Shown piece after piece: positions 37,301 through 50,382 of a DNA stretch of 64,000 nucleotides. The stretch's first letter is position 1. Each line of letters opens with the position of its first letter. Under the pieces are notes generated by a model that saw nothing but the letters and a program-made list of their open reading frames with translations, did not search any database and was not told where the DNA came from. A program made the position numbers and the translations under genes. The stretch is from Amphiscolops sp. MND2022 (Eukaryota), in contig OZ076409.1 of the NCBI GenBank assembly GCA_964187785.1, positions 65,102,001 to 65,166,000 of the forward strand. The letters run 5' to 3'.

Positions 37301-40029
37301 CTTGCAAAACGCTTTGTTTCTGCGAAAATCACATGGGATACTTCAGTTGAGAACTTCAGAAAAAAAGCGCATAATGCTGAAAAAACCCTGGCGAAGGACT
37401 TTCTTTAAGTCTTTACTATAATCTGCTCTTTCCACGAAACACACGACTAAGTCACTGCAATAGCAGTGTACTTTTCTCTTTTCGATTAGCGCTGACAAAA
37501 AAAACATTTCAACTTCTCGACTTTCACCTTTGAGAACCAATGAGAATGGTGATTTTCAATTGAAAATCGACGAGTTTTCATTTTGTATATTTTAAAAAAG
37601 TGCCAACAATTCTTTGTTAGTGAATGTTCCCCGACATCACTTCTGTTTCTCATTAGGTTTTCGAGCTGTTTCGCAAGGAGCTCCTGCACCCCTAGAAAGA
37701 CATGAATTAATTCAGCCAATTGAGTTTCTCTGAAGACATTTATAGCTTCCTCACCTATTGGAAACATCAAAAAAATTTCAAAGGTTTTCTCTTTCAATTT
37801 TTTCCTTTCAGTGGCAAAAGTGTGCTTCAACCTAGCAAAACGCCGAAAAATTCATCAATATAAAGGGGTACAATTTGAACAACTGGAAGTTTTTTTGGAA
37901 AAAATCGAATAGTGCCAAAGAAATTGTATGTCTTTTTTCAAAAGTTTTGAGAAACTTAACATCCGTCTCAAAGGACAAAAAATATCGAGCCCGTTCTTAA
38001 GATTCGGAAAGCGGGTTTCCTTGCCTGAAAATTAAGAAAAAGCAAACTTACTCTCACAAATTTTCTTCGAAAGTGTTTTCGAATTGTCGCAACGTGCCAA
38101 ATAAAATAAAGTGTCCCTCCATGCTTGCAAAACGCTTTGTTTCTGCGAAAATCACATGGGATACTTCAGTTGAGAACTTCAGAAAAAAAAGCGCATAATG
38201 CTGAAAAAACCCTGACGAAGGACTTTCTTTAAGTCTTTACTATAATCTGCTCTTTCCACGAAACCACCGACTAAGTCAATGCAATAGCAGTGTTTTTTCT
38301 CTTTTCGATTAGCGGTGACAAAAAGGAGCATTTCAACTTCTCGACTTTCACCTCTGAGAACCAATGAGAATGGTGATTTTCAATGGAAAATCGACGAGTT
38401 TTTGTTTTGTAGATTAAAAACAAAGTTCCAACAACTCTTTGTTATTGAATATTCCCCGACATCATTTCTGTTTCTCATGAGTTTTTCGAGCTGCTTCGCA
38501 AAGAACTTCTGCACCCCTAGAAAGACATTAATTTATTCAGCTATTTGGGAGTTTTTCTGATGACATTTATAGCTTCCTCCCCTACCGGAAAGATCAAAAC
38601 GATTCCAAATGTTTTTTTGTCATTTTTCCTTTCAGTGGCAAACGTGTGCTTCAATCTAGCAAACCGCCGAAAACATTCATGAAATCAAAGGGCTTCCATT
38701 TGAACAAGTGGAAGATTTCCGGAAAAAAGTCGAATAGTGCCGAAGAAACAGTATGTTTTTTTCAAATTTTTTGAGAAAATTTTTATCTGTCCCACAGGAC
38801 AAAAAACATCGAGCCCGTTCTTAAGATTCGGAAAGCGGGTTTCCTTGCCTGAAAATTAAGAAAAAGCAAACCTTTTCTCACAAATTTTCTTCGAAAGTGT
38901 TTTCGAATTGTCGCAACGTGCCGAATAAAATAAAGTGTCCCTCCATGCTTGCAAAACGCTTTGTTTCTGCGAAAATCACATGGGATACTTCAGTTGAGAA
39001 CTTCAGAAAAAAAGCGCATAATGCTGAAAAAACCCTGGCGAAGGACTTTCTTTAAGTCTTTACTATAATCTGCTCTTTCCACGAAACACACGACTAAGTC
39101 ACTGCAATAGCAGTGTACTTTTCTCTTTTCGATTAGCGCTGACAAAAAAAAAACATTTCAACTTCTCGACTTTCACCTTTGAGAACCAATGAGAATGGTG
39201 ATTTTCAATTGAAAATCGACGAGTTTTCATTTTGTATATTTTACAAAAGTGCCAACAATTCTTTGTTAGTGAATGTTCCCCGACATCACTTCTGTTTCTC
39301 ATTAGGTTTTCGAGCTGTTTCGCAAGGAGCTCCTGCACCCCTAGAAAGACATGAATTAATTCAGCCAATTGAGTTTCTCTGAAGACATTTATAGCTTCCT
39401 CACCTATTGGAAACATCAAAAAAATTTCAAAGGTTTTCTCTTTCAATTTTTTCCTTTCAGTGGCAAAAGTGTGCTTCAACCTAGCAAAACGCCGAAAAAT
39501 TCATCAATATAAAGGGGTACAATTTGAACAACTGGAAATTTTTTTGGAAAAAATCGAATAGTGCCAAAGAAATTGTATGTCTTTTTTCAAAAGTTTTGAG
39601 AAACTTAACATCCGTCTCAAAGGACAAAAAATATCGAGCCCGTTCTTAAGATTCGGAAAGCGGGTTTCCTTGCCTGAAAATTAAGAAAAAGCAAACTTAC
39701 TCTCACAAATTTTCTTCGAAAGTGTTTTCGAATTGTCGCAACGTGCCAAATAAAATAAAGTGTCCCTCCATGCTTGCAAAACGCTTTGTTTCTGCGAAAA
39801 TCACATGGGATACTTCAGTTGAGAACTTCAGAAAAAAAAGCGCATAATGCTGAAAAAACCCTGACGAAGGACTTTCTTTAAGTCTTTACTATAATCTGCT
39901 CTTTCCACGAAACCACCGACTAAGTCAATGCAATAGCAGTGTTTTTTCTCTTTTCGATTAGCGGTGACAAAAAAGAGCATTTCAACTTCTCGACTTTCAC
40001 ATTTGAGTTTTTCAATTGAAAATTTACAA
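22254..40029. repeat. Tandem segmental duplication (22254-30833 and 30834-40029)
   Basis: Non-satellite sequence 22254-~23550 recurs almost exactly 8580 bp later; both blocks end at the same satellite variant CACATTTGAGTTTTTCAATTGAAAATTTACAA. Confidence 0.88.
23550..30833. repeat. ~823-bp satellite, block 1 (~9 monomers)
   Basis: Anchor TTCAGTGGCAAA recurs at ~24499, 25321, 26143, 26967, 27789, 28613, 29438, 30262. Confidence 0.95.
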
Positions 40030-40649
40030 GTTTTTATTTTGTAGATTTAAAAAAAGTTCCAAAAATTGTTATTGAATATTCCTCGACATCACTTTTGTTT
40101 CTCATGCGTTTTTCGAGCTGTTTCGCAAAGAACTCCTGCACCCCTAGAAAAACATTAATTTATTCAGCTATTTGGGAGTTTTTCTGATGACATTTATAGC
40201 TTCCTCCCCTACCAGAAACATCAAAACGATTCCAAATGTTTTTTGTCATTTTTCTCTTTTCAGTGTCAAACGTGTGCTTCAATCTAGCAAAACGCCGAAA
40301 ATTCATGAAATCAAAGGGGTACCATTTGAACAAGTGGAAGTGTTTCGGAAAAAAAGTCGAATAGTGCCGAAGAAACCGTAGGTCTTTCTCAAAATTTTGA
40401 GAAAAATATCATCGGTCCCAAAGAACAAAAAACATCGAGCCCGTTTTTAAGATTCGGGAAGCGGATTTCCTTGCCTGAAAGTCCAGAAAAAGTAAAGTTG
40501 TTTTCACAAATTATCTTCGAAAGTTTTTTCGAATTGTCGCAAAGTGTCGAATGAAACAAAGTGTCCTTCCATGCATGCAAAACGCTCTGTTTCTGCGAAA
40601 ATCATAGGTGTTACTCCAGTCGAGAACTTCAGAAACAAAAGCGCATAAT
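32128..40649. repeat. ~823-bp satellite, block 2 (~10 monomers)
   Basis: Same anchor every ~823-826 bp from ~32860 to ~40259. Confidence 0.95.
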
Positions 40650-41050
40650 TGTGATGCCATGATGCATGTCCTCAAAGATTCTATAAATCTGAAATACTCT
40701 GAACTCTTAACCAAAGCAATTAGTAAATGTAATCTAATTTAGAAGCTAAGAAACTTCATTTAATAGATCCTGTATCAAGCTCCCCTGCTTCATCCTGTTG
40801 CTGTCACATTGTTAATTGATGTAACCTACCCTAGTTAATAGAATATATCTACTCGGAGAAATTGAGAAATCATCCTAGCAATCGGTCTTCCTCCCATACT
40901 TCAAGAACTGAGATCTCAGAAATAGATTGTACTCAGAAATAGCTAGCTACAAGATATAAGACAAGACGACTCTGCTGTTAAAATCTTAGACTTCTTATGT
41001 CAGTACTAACACTTCTAAAAGAAACCACCACACAACTTTTTAACAGCTCA
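40650..41050 (+). repeat. 5' LTR of element B
   Basis: TGTGATGCC...AACAGCTCA; about 7 differences from 58129-58529. Confidence 0.95.
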
Positions 41051-41052
41051 AT

Positions 41053-41062
41053 TGGTGCGACC
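41053..41062 (+). promoter_or_regulatory. Putative PBS of element B
   Basis: TGGTGCGACC after LTR CA plus a 2-nt AT spacer; primer tRNA not identified (only the first 7 nt fit tRNA-Gly(TCC)). Confidence 0.6.
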
Positions 41063-41243
41063 AAGAAAATTCTTCTTTCTCTCCCATTCATTTCACACAT
41101 CTACAATTGTTGTACCTCCTTCCTCGACTTTCTCATACGCTATCTCTTTGTTCGACACACAATTTCTCCACCTCTCAATATCGCCTATCGTTACTAACTT
41201 CAACGTTGCAACCAATTTCTATTTAAAATTGATCTGTGTTGCT

Positions 41244-41500
41244 ATGGTTCTGACTGCGTTTCTCACCGTAATTCCTGTCAGTCATATTTCTTGGTTCTGA
41301 CTACGTTTTTTGACGTAATTCCTGTCAGTAAATTTTTCGTTCCAACCACATCTGAGTGAATTCGTGTTGGCTTTCTCTCTTTCTTCCGTTCCAACCGCAG
41401 ACGTGCGATACGTGTTGGCCCTTCTACAGTGCTATCCAGCGATTCCTGCTAGTGGAAATCTCTTTGGTTCTAGCCGCTTGGATCAACTTTAAAAGTTGGC
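41244..41500 (+). other. Array of 4 (+1 degenerate) structurally conserved RNA hairpins in the element B leader
   Basis: GTT + 5-bp outer stem (CTGAC/GTCAG x2, CCAAC/GTTGG x2) + inner stem-loop + 6-7-nt 3' bulge. Confidence 0.7.
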
Positions 41501-41734
41501 ACACCTATATAACACATATTTTCTACATAACATAATTACAATACCTTTCTTGTTCTCTCTTTTCTAATACACACAACATACAAAACTCTTTTAAAACTAG
41601 CTTACGGATCCAAATACATAACAATTAAAATATATAACACATACATCACATATTTCTTTATATAACTTTCACTTTTCATTCACCTATATAAAACAAATTT
41701 TAATGCAACCTATTGGACTTATTCTTCATGGTAC

Positions 41735-41857
41735 ATGCCGCCTTCAGTAGACACTATAGTTAAACTCATTGTCTGCTTTTGGTTCTTTGTTGCTATCATT
41801 GCCGGTCTTGCACTTTTTCTGGACAAATTCTTAATTTCATTCATACCAAAACTTTAA
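41735..41857 (+). CDS. Small ORF, 40 aa, single predicted TM helix
   Basis: MPPSVDTIVKLIVCFWFFVAIIAGLALFLDKFLISFIPKL; below the ORF-track size cutoff. Confidence 0.4.
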   Translation: MPPSVDTIVKLIVCFWFFVAIIAGLALFLDKFLISFIPKL

Positions 41858-41876
41858 AGTACAACCTTTTTCTTCT

Positions 41877-42116
41877 ATGTTAACAAGTATAGTACTACCT
41901 CTTTTTGGACTACTTAGTATCTACCACACTTTCCATACACTTATCCAATATATACAAAACCCACTCCTTCTTTTTATAAGTACTGTACTTACTATTTTCT
42001 TACAAGTTGTTTTCATAGATCAAATTTTACCATATAATTCACAATTCAATACAAAATATCTTCTTTTCCGATACATCTATCCTTTATGGCAATCTTATTG
42101 TACTAATCAAACTTAA
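41877..42116 (+). CDS. Small hydrophobic ORF, 79 aa, just upstream of gag
   Basis: Two hydrophobic stretches; packed between the 40-aa ORF and gag ATG 42126. Confidence 0.35.
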   Translation: MLTSIVLPLFGLLSIYHTFHTLIQYIQNPLLLFISTVLTIFLQVVFIDQILPYNSQFNTKYLLFRYIYPLWQSYCTNQT

Positions 42117-42125
42117 TATCAAATA

Positions 42126-45100
42126 ATGCTTCCCACTCCATTTACAGTCACTACTGACAAAAGACAAAATCGATCTCTTATACAAGATGTAACACCTTTT
42201 CTACAAAACATTATCTTTCAGTACACAGACCCACTTCCATTTGAAACAGAACCCCATATATTACATACTATTTCATTAGTACGAGAATATTGTGATTCTT
42301 ATCTATATTATATCCACTATAAAACACTTGACATTACACCATCACAAATCCCTTTTCAAGTTATTTTTAACCCTGTTAAAGGAATAAACCTTGGAACATT
42401 TTATAGAACTATACACCCACAAAATATTACACTTTCTATACAAGATGTTTTTCACACATACATGCAAAAACTCATTGAATTCAATGAAAACCAAGACACA
42501 CCACCTTATCGTCCTTCTCATTTACAAGAACTATAACACAGATCTGAATATTTTGAGGTCCCAGATCTTGACACGAAAGTCCAACGACATGATAATCCTC
42601 ATTATTGGTTACAACGAGATATCTTACAAATAAAACATTTTCAGTACAGATTCTTTAACAACATTATCCTTACAGATGACACTATACCTCAAGTCAAAAT
42701 TTTTACACAATTCTTATTAAAGTTTCTTAGATTTAACTACCAACTAATTTGGGAACAAAAAGATCAACAAGCCTATGTTAACTTCCCTCAAATATTAACA
42801 CATATAGAACTCTTACCATACATCATAAAAAATGAAAACAGACATTTACATTACCGAGATCTTACTTCATTAAAGGTTACACATTTTGAACAAATAAACT
42901 TAGATCACAACTTTGTACTTGAACATTCTGAAACATCAGATAACAGACCCTTTACTACACCTGATACTTCCCATGAAACAATTCCTGAAGAACAAACCTC
43001 TAGTGTTGAACCTTCATATACAAGACAACAATCAGAACAATCAGAACAAGAATCTCCAGAACAAGAAGCCCTTGTTAATCTTTTTCAAAATCCTGATCCT
43101 CCTCAAGAACAACCATCAGACCCACCATTATCACAAATCTCAGATATGCAACAACCAAATCCTTCTGAAACAAATACAATTCACAATACATCAGAATTTT
43201 CTGAAGGAACAGTACAAAATACACGAAGTTTTACAATAACCGATGATTCAAATCTTATAATAATTCCTACCCACAATATCACACAAAATGAATTTACAAA
43301 CCAACATCAAGACAACACTTCAAATACAAACCCAGACAATACCTCTATTTTATCTACATCTAATACTAATATTACTCAATCCTCTCAGACACAAATACTA
43401 TCTCCTCGAAATTATAATCCACCTTCTGTTCCACCTCAATTCTCATGACTCCTCTCAACAAAGCTCATCAAATACACCCTACATTGCACAAAACAATAAT
43501 ACAGTACATTTTCAAACACCAACTCCACCATCATCTTCTGAAATAAAAACTTCGAATTATACTCCAGCTCAAACCAATTCAGTACAAACTACACAAACTA
43601 CCTTAAACATTAACACCATCCATTCCAACCCATCTACAAATTATACCACTGCCAGACATCTTTCTCGACCTCCATTACAACCTATATTAACTAATCCATT
43701 ATCATACAGTCTCACGAGTACTAATCCAAGTCATACACAACAATCTCAGATAATTTACAACACACCCAACCCAATAAATACTCTTTCTTCTCAACATACA
43801 TCCAATACAATCATTCCTACATTACAAACTTCTCAATTTCAAATACCAAATCCTCCTTCAACAACAATTAGAACTAACCCTCACTTTAATAATACTTCAA
43901 CTACTTCTTTACCTAATATTTCAAATAATCCTACGTACAATACAACACCCCCATCTACTACATCTTATAACACTATGTCACACCCAACATATATTAACTC
44001 TTCTACTTCTATATCAGAACCCATTAAACCTTTTGATGGACTCGATCACAACTATACACCTGAAGAATATTTACAACATATTGAGGCACGTGTTACATTT
44101 TCCTTAGGTTTACAACCTACATCAGAACATGAATATAAATTTTGGCACGCCCGTCGCATGGCTTTCATACAATGCTCTTTAACAGGTACAGCACTCAGCT
44201 GGTACATTCGTTTAAACGACACTTATAAACATGATTGGCACGCTTTTGTACAAGCTTTCAAAAAACAATTTTCTTCACAAAAGAACGCTTACTATGCTCA
44301 AGTTGAAGCCCTTAATTTAACTAAAAAAGATAATGAAACAGTACGTCATTTTGCACTCAAAGTTCAACAGCTGGTTGAAAAAGGCTTGTGTAATGAGAAT
44401 GCATCCACAATAAACCTCAAATGTAATGAAATCTTTACAAAAGGACTTCCAAAAAATCTTAAAGACTTTGCAAATAAAAGGCAAGTAAAACACACCTCCA
44501 CTGTTCTAGAACCTTCAATTCCTTTTCATACATTAGTAAAACTTGTTGACGCTGAAGATATAGCAAACGACAAAATCAGAACACATGATCTTGCACTTGA
44601 AATTAATAATATTACAAAACAATTGAACACTCAAACTCTTGATCACTCATCTCAAGAACAACTTATGTATACACAACCCAAAGACCCAAACAACAAAAAT
44701 AAACCTGCATATAAAAAATATTGCTCATACTGTCATAGAACAAATCACTCCATTTCTGCTTGTTTCAAAAAACAACGAGATGATGAAGATAAACGAGAAG
44801 CATATGCTCGATCAAAATCTCCACAAAAATCATTCGTTCAGTACTCCCGTTCTCCTTCCAATGATAGAACAAAACACTATGATAATCGATACCGAAGTCG
44901 AAGTACCTCACGAGACAACTCTTACAACAAAAATTATTCACAAAACCGATACCGTTCAGCATCTCGAGATAGAGATAGATTTTGTTATGACAAAAGTACT
45001 ACTCCTCCACACTACTCTAGATCAAGATATGATACATACAAACGTGATTCTCGATCTTACCGTTGTCCCTACTGATCTTCTTATAGATCCCCATATCGAC

Positions 45101-45249
45101 AAAACTCTCGTCCTAGATACAGATCACGCTCCTATTCAAGAGACAACAAATTCACAAAGTACACAAATTCATATAGACCACCTTCAAAACCAAGAGACTC
45201 TAGATTTTCTAGATCTCGCTCACACTCCAATTCTAGAAATAAAGTCAAT
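42126..45249 (+). pseudogene. gag: gag region of element B (~1040 codons; TAA at 42534, frameshift ~43445, TGA at 45073)
   Basis: IKPFDGLD capsid-like motif, CSYCHRTNHSISAC knuckle, RS/Y-rich tail; the frame continues into pol after 45075. Confidence 0.85.
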
Positions 45250-48200
45250 ATGATACAACAACAAGACCAAACTGACCCTATCAAATTTGAAGTACACATG
45301 TATCACCCAACAGCAATGGCAAATGCTGTCACACCTACAAGTTGGTTTTATACACTATATGTACACACCCCATCAAGTATAGTACAAAGAGACAACCCAT
45401 CTAGATTAGAAATTGCATTCCTTCTAGATAGCGGTGCTTCCATATCTGTACTCAATTACCCAACATACATAACTCCTACAAAACTTCTAGATATTAGATC
45501 AAATCACACCTCTGATGTTGGACCAACTCGCAATTCCAAAACATTAACCATTGCAAACCAAACTGATGTTCCTATTTTACATTATGCCAATATAATTTTC
45601 AACACCACTATTGATGAAGACTCTCGTTTCTTTTCAGTACCTTTCGCCGTAGCTGACATCAAATACAACATCCTTGGCACACCATTCTTTGAAGACAATA
45701 TACAAAACAAAAACATACAAGACTTTACACTCGAATTTAAATACCAATCAAAAACACACCCAAATTATGCAAAATTTACAACACTCCTATCTAAAGATTA
45801 TCCCTACTTCTCTTACATTTATAGAATTAACTCAAAAACTCAGATACGTCTAAAACCCAAAATTTCAAAAATTGCACACTTTCCGATCAAAAATTATCAT
45901 AATCTTCATTTTACAACTACACCACGAAACCACTTCTTTCCTTCAGTACCTCATACCTATTTTGCTACCAATTTCCGTACAAATTTCAATTTCATTGAAG
46001 TATTTACAGACGACAAGCCAGATATTTGTGCAACTATTATTCAGAACACTTCAAAACATATTGCAACCCTACCTCCAGGACATATTGGATACATTGAAGT
46101 TCCAATTACTAATGAAAAACCTAAATTCTTCCAAGTTAACGACATTAATACTTTAATACATAACGTTACCCATACTTATCATCCTGATATTACTGAACCA
46201 CTTCCACAGACCAACTATATTGTACAATATGATGATCCTACAACCCCTGCTCCTCAATTTTCTCTACATCAAATTTGTATGACAAATAAAGACGTTGCAA
46301 ATCAAACTTCTCCTTTATATAACGTTCAGCCTACTTCTCATACTTCCGAAAAACGCAATTTCCCTTCTCTACCATATACTTCTGAAAATCTGAAATTTAT
46401 TAATGAATTTAACTTCCAATTTTCTGACCTTACAGATTCAGAAGACATTACTCTTTGCGATATGTTACTCAAGTATAAGACATGCTATGCAACTCATAAA
46501 AACGATGTTGGAAAAATTTCAACACCATTTCGTATACGACTTAAACCAAATGCTCAACTTATGACACAACGTCCTTCCAAAGTCCCTATCCACTACCGAG
46601 ACAAACTTAACGTACTTCTCAAAGAACTCGAAAACTATAACATTATTAAACAAATTGGTTCTTCTCCTCAAGACAAACCCGTTTATGGCACAACTTATTT
46701 AAACCCCCTTATTATAATTCCCAAGGGAGATACAATAAAATGTGTATTAGACGCTCGACATCTTAACTCCAATACAGAACAATCCGATGAATCTTGGCCT
46801 ATTGAACCTCTTGCTCCACAACTAGCACGCGCAAATAAAAAGTACAAATCGGCTATTGACCTTATGTATGCCTATGCACATACACCTCTTGACGAAGATA
46901 CTATAAAACTCACTAGTTTCTCTTCCGGAGATAAACTTTTCGCTTTTATTCGAGGCTTTTATGGTCTCAAAGGACTACCAAACTTCTTTACAAAACAAAT
47001 GTCTACTTTCTTTAAAACTCTTATAGAACAAGGTTTCGCTCTTGTCTACATTGACGATATATTACTTTTATCTGATTCAAAAGAACACATGTTCCAACTC
47101 ATAGAACAACTACACATTATTAGTACAAAAAACAATCTTAAACTAGCCCCTGAAAAATCCTTTTTCATGCTTCTTAAAGTCAAATTCCTTGGACATGAAA
47201 TTGGTTACAATACAATTAAACCAAATCATTCAAAAATTGCAGCTATTCATAAGATCCCTTCTCCAACTGGCAAAGTTGCCCTAATGAGTTTCATTGGCGC
47301 ACTCAATTTTTACACCAAATTTATTGAAAAACTACATATTAACCTCAAACCATTTTACGATCTTTTACATGAGAACACTCCTTGGAAATGGACAGACGAA
47401 CACGAAAGTCTATTCCAAAAACTTAAAATGTCTCTCACTTCTGAAACAGAATTAACAATACCAAATACAAAACATCCATTTTTCATTACAGTTGACGCTT
47501 CCCTTATTGGATTAGGCGCTGTCTTATTCCAATTAAATGAACAAAACAAAATGAAAGTCATATCATACAACTCTCGTATACTTAATCCACAAGAACAAAA
47601 ACTCTCCACACTTGATAGAGAACTTCTTGGTATAGTACACGCACTTCAAATCTATGAATTTCTCATTATAGGTTCTCCCCATCCAATACACATTTTTACT
47701 GATCACAAACCTTTATCACATTGTTTTACAAAGAAAGGTAATCTCAGTCCTCGTTTCTACAGAGCTCAAATGCAATTGACAAAATTTTCAAAACTCAAAA
47801 TAATTCACACTCCTGGAAAAAATCTCTCTGTTGCCGATATGTTGAGTCGCTCCTTCACAAAAGCTGAATTACAACTAAACCAGTTAAAACATAAACACCT
47901 CCCACCACAAATCGATTTTGCACTTTTACAAGATAACACTCTTAAACCTGTACATTACTTAATAAAACATGAAGAAATTTTACCTCATCAAAAACATGAC
48001 TCTCATCCAATTCTCGCTGATTATGGTACAGATCAATTCTCTATTCGTATCAATGATAAAGGAAATGACATTGTTGTCAAACCGTTACAATCCTTCTCAT
48101 TCAAATCCATAACTCCTTTTCAAACTAAGTTCAAGACACCTACAAAAAAGAACAACAAAACCCTCCATCAACAGTCTCTCTTACTTAATGATACTGACGT

Positions 48201-50296
48201 TACAAGTGATGACGAAGATCATATTTACACCAGAATTCCAAAATCTGACTCTTCCTTCTTACAAGACACAACATTACAAACAGAAAATTATTCTACTCTT
48301 AAACAACCAACTCACACTACCTCACAAAAATCAATTTCTGCAATAAATGTACAACCAAATTTACCATCTCTCACACACTGTCAACAAATCATACCTTTCT
48401 ATGATACATCATTTTTTAAGTACAAAAACTATTTTCAAGGTTTCTTCCTTCCAGATGATTACTCATTAGACATAAAAACTCTTCAACAACAACAATCCCA
48501 AGATCCGGTACTTAGAATTGTTTATTCTTGGTTATTAAACAATGAAAAACCCGAATTTGTAACACCTCTTATTACTGGTACTCCATTTTTACATGTATAT
48601 TACAAAAGAGTTTCACAACTTTTCATTGACGAATCCACAAATTTTATTAGTCTATATATTACAAACCCTACTGTTATAAACCAATCCTCTACTCCAAACT
48701 TTGTACAAGACACTATTCGTATATGCCTTCCTTTTCGACTGTTCAAAACTGTCTTTAACAAACTCCATGAACACTCTCATACTGGTATGAAAATTACATA
48801 CAATACATTCAAACAATATTACTACATTCCATTCCTTGAAAAATGGCTTTCCATTTTCATACATGATTGTATTGAATGTCAACGAAACAAACACTTTAAT
48901 ATGAAAATTCAAACTGCTCCTACACAATCTTTTTCAGAACATGCTCCATCTTTTAACTATCGAATTTCAATGGACACTAAAGGACCTATTAATCCTCCTT
49001 CTCGCAATAAATCCTATATACATGTAATTATTGACGCTTTTAGTCACTTTGTTGTTACAGTACCCATTAAATCAAACAACGCAAAGACTGCTATCAAAGT
49101 TCTCCTACACCATTGGATTATTAAATTTGGACCACCAATATATCTTGTCACTGATCGTGGATCAGAATACGTTAATAATGAAATGGCACACCTTTGCACA
49201 CTTATGGGAATTCGTCATTCTCCTAGAACAGCTTACTCTCCTTGGACAAATGGCCTTGTTGAAGTACAAAACAGAAATCTTGGTACCCATTTACGAATGT
49301 TCTTACATGACACACCTAAGGATTAAGCATTCCAAGTCCATATGTACGCTTATGCACATAACTCACAACCACTTTCAGAACTCAACATTTCACCTCACGA
49401 AATTGTTTTCCACACCCGACCCAGAATACCCCTTACATTTGATTTGAACCTTATCCGAGACACCTCTAAAACATGTATTTCTCCCAACTTCCAGCACACT
49501 CCCATTATGATAAATCAGATTTAAACCCATTTTTCTATAAAACACTTTAAAACCCATCCCACATTGGTTTCTCGCTGTAGAAACTGCTATGTTACAAATT
49601 TTTTCTACAGTATACGAAAACACTCTAAGAAAAATCAATTCACACGCATATATTACAAAAACTTACCATGAAGGTAAACCCCTTCCTATTGGTACTTTTA
49701 ATTTAAAACGTAATTTTACACACAATCACTTTTCTGACAAACTAAAACCCCTTCGGATTGGACCATACAAAATTCTTGACAGATTATCAGACGTCACATA
49801 TGAACTACTTGCACAAGATGGCTCTACAGTACACGTCCACAGAAATCATTTAATTCCATATTATCCAAAAGAACCACTCTTGTATCCACACCTGCGTAAA
49901 TTTATGCGCTTTTCAGACACAACTCAATTTCAAATTCCACAACCTACCAAATATGCAAACAGTGATTCTTCTCCTTTTAACTCAGACGAATCGTTGTCAG
50001 AAGAAGATTCCCAAACATTTGTAACACCATCATCATTTAGTACATCCAATCAAAATACACCATCTATAGCATCCAATGACAAGTTTTTGACTCCCTCAAC
50101 CAATGACAACTCCTTATATAGACATATAATTAATACCCCTCACACTAATGTCTCTAGTGACAGATCAAGACACTCATCTAATAACCAAACAACTTCACTT
50201 CCTTCTCTAATTGACAGAACCACAAAAACTACTTATAAACTACGACAACAACCCAAATTAGATTATAGACTTTTTATTACACCTTCAAAACTGTAA
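45250..50296 (+). pseudogene. pol: pol of element B (PR, RT, RNase H, IN); stop at 49324 and frameshifts in the integrase C-terminus
   Basis: LLDSGAS; YIDD; VDAS...RELL...TDHKPL...ADMLSR; HEHSH...CIEC; SMD...TDRGSE...GLVE; IGPY (GPY/F) motif in 49589-50296. Confidence 0.93.
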
Positions 50297-50382
50297 TCCA
50301 GTCATTCTATCCGTTGGCTCACTCAAAACTAGTCACTCCAGTTGAATGAAATATAACCCATAACAAGTTATCTCAAAGATAA

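Noticed and set aside
23550..40649. CRISPR-like array
   Set aside because: Whole ~823-bp units repeat, with no unique spacers or cas genes; eukaryotic context.
23400..40714. Dozens of repeated 60-186 aa ORFs
   Set aside because: Translations of satellite monomers; frames are broken by homopolymer indels and no domains are present.
44639..45253. 204-aa overlapping ORF in the gag tail
   Set aside because: Shadow frame of the low-complexity RS-coding region; no independent support.
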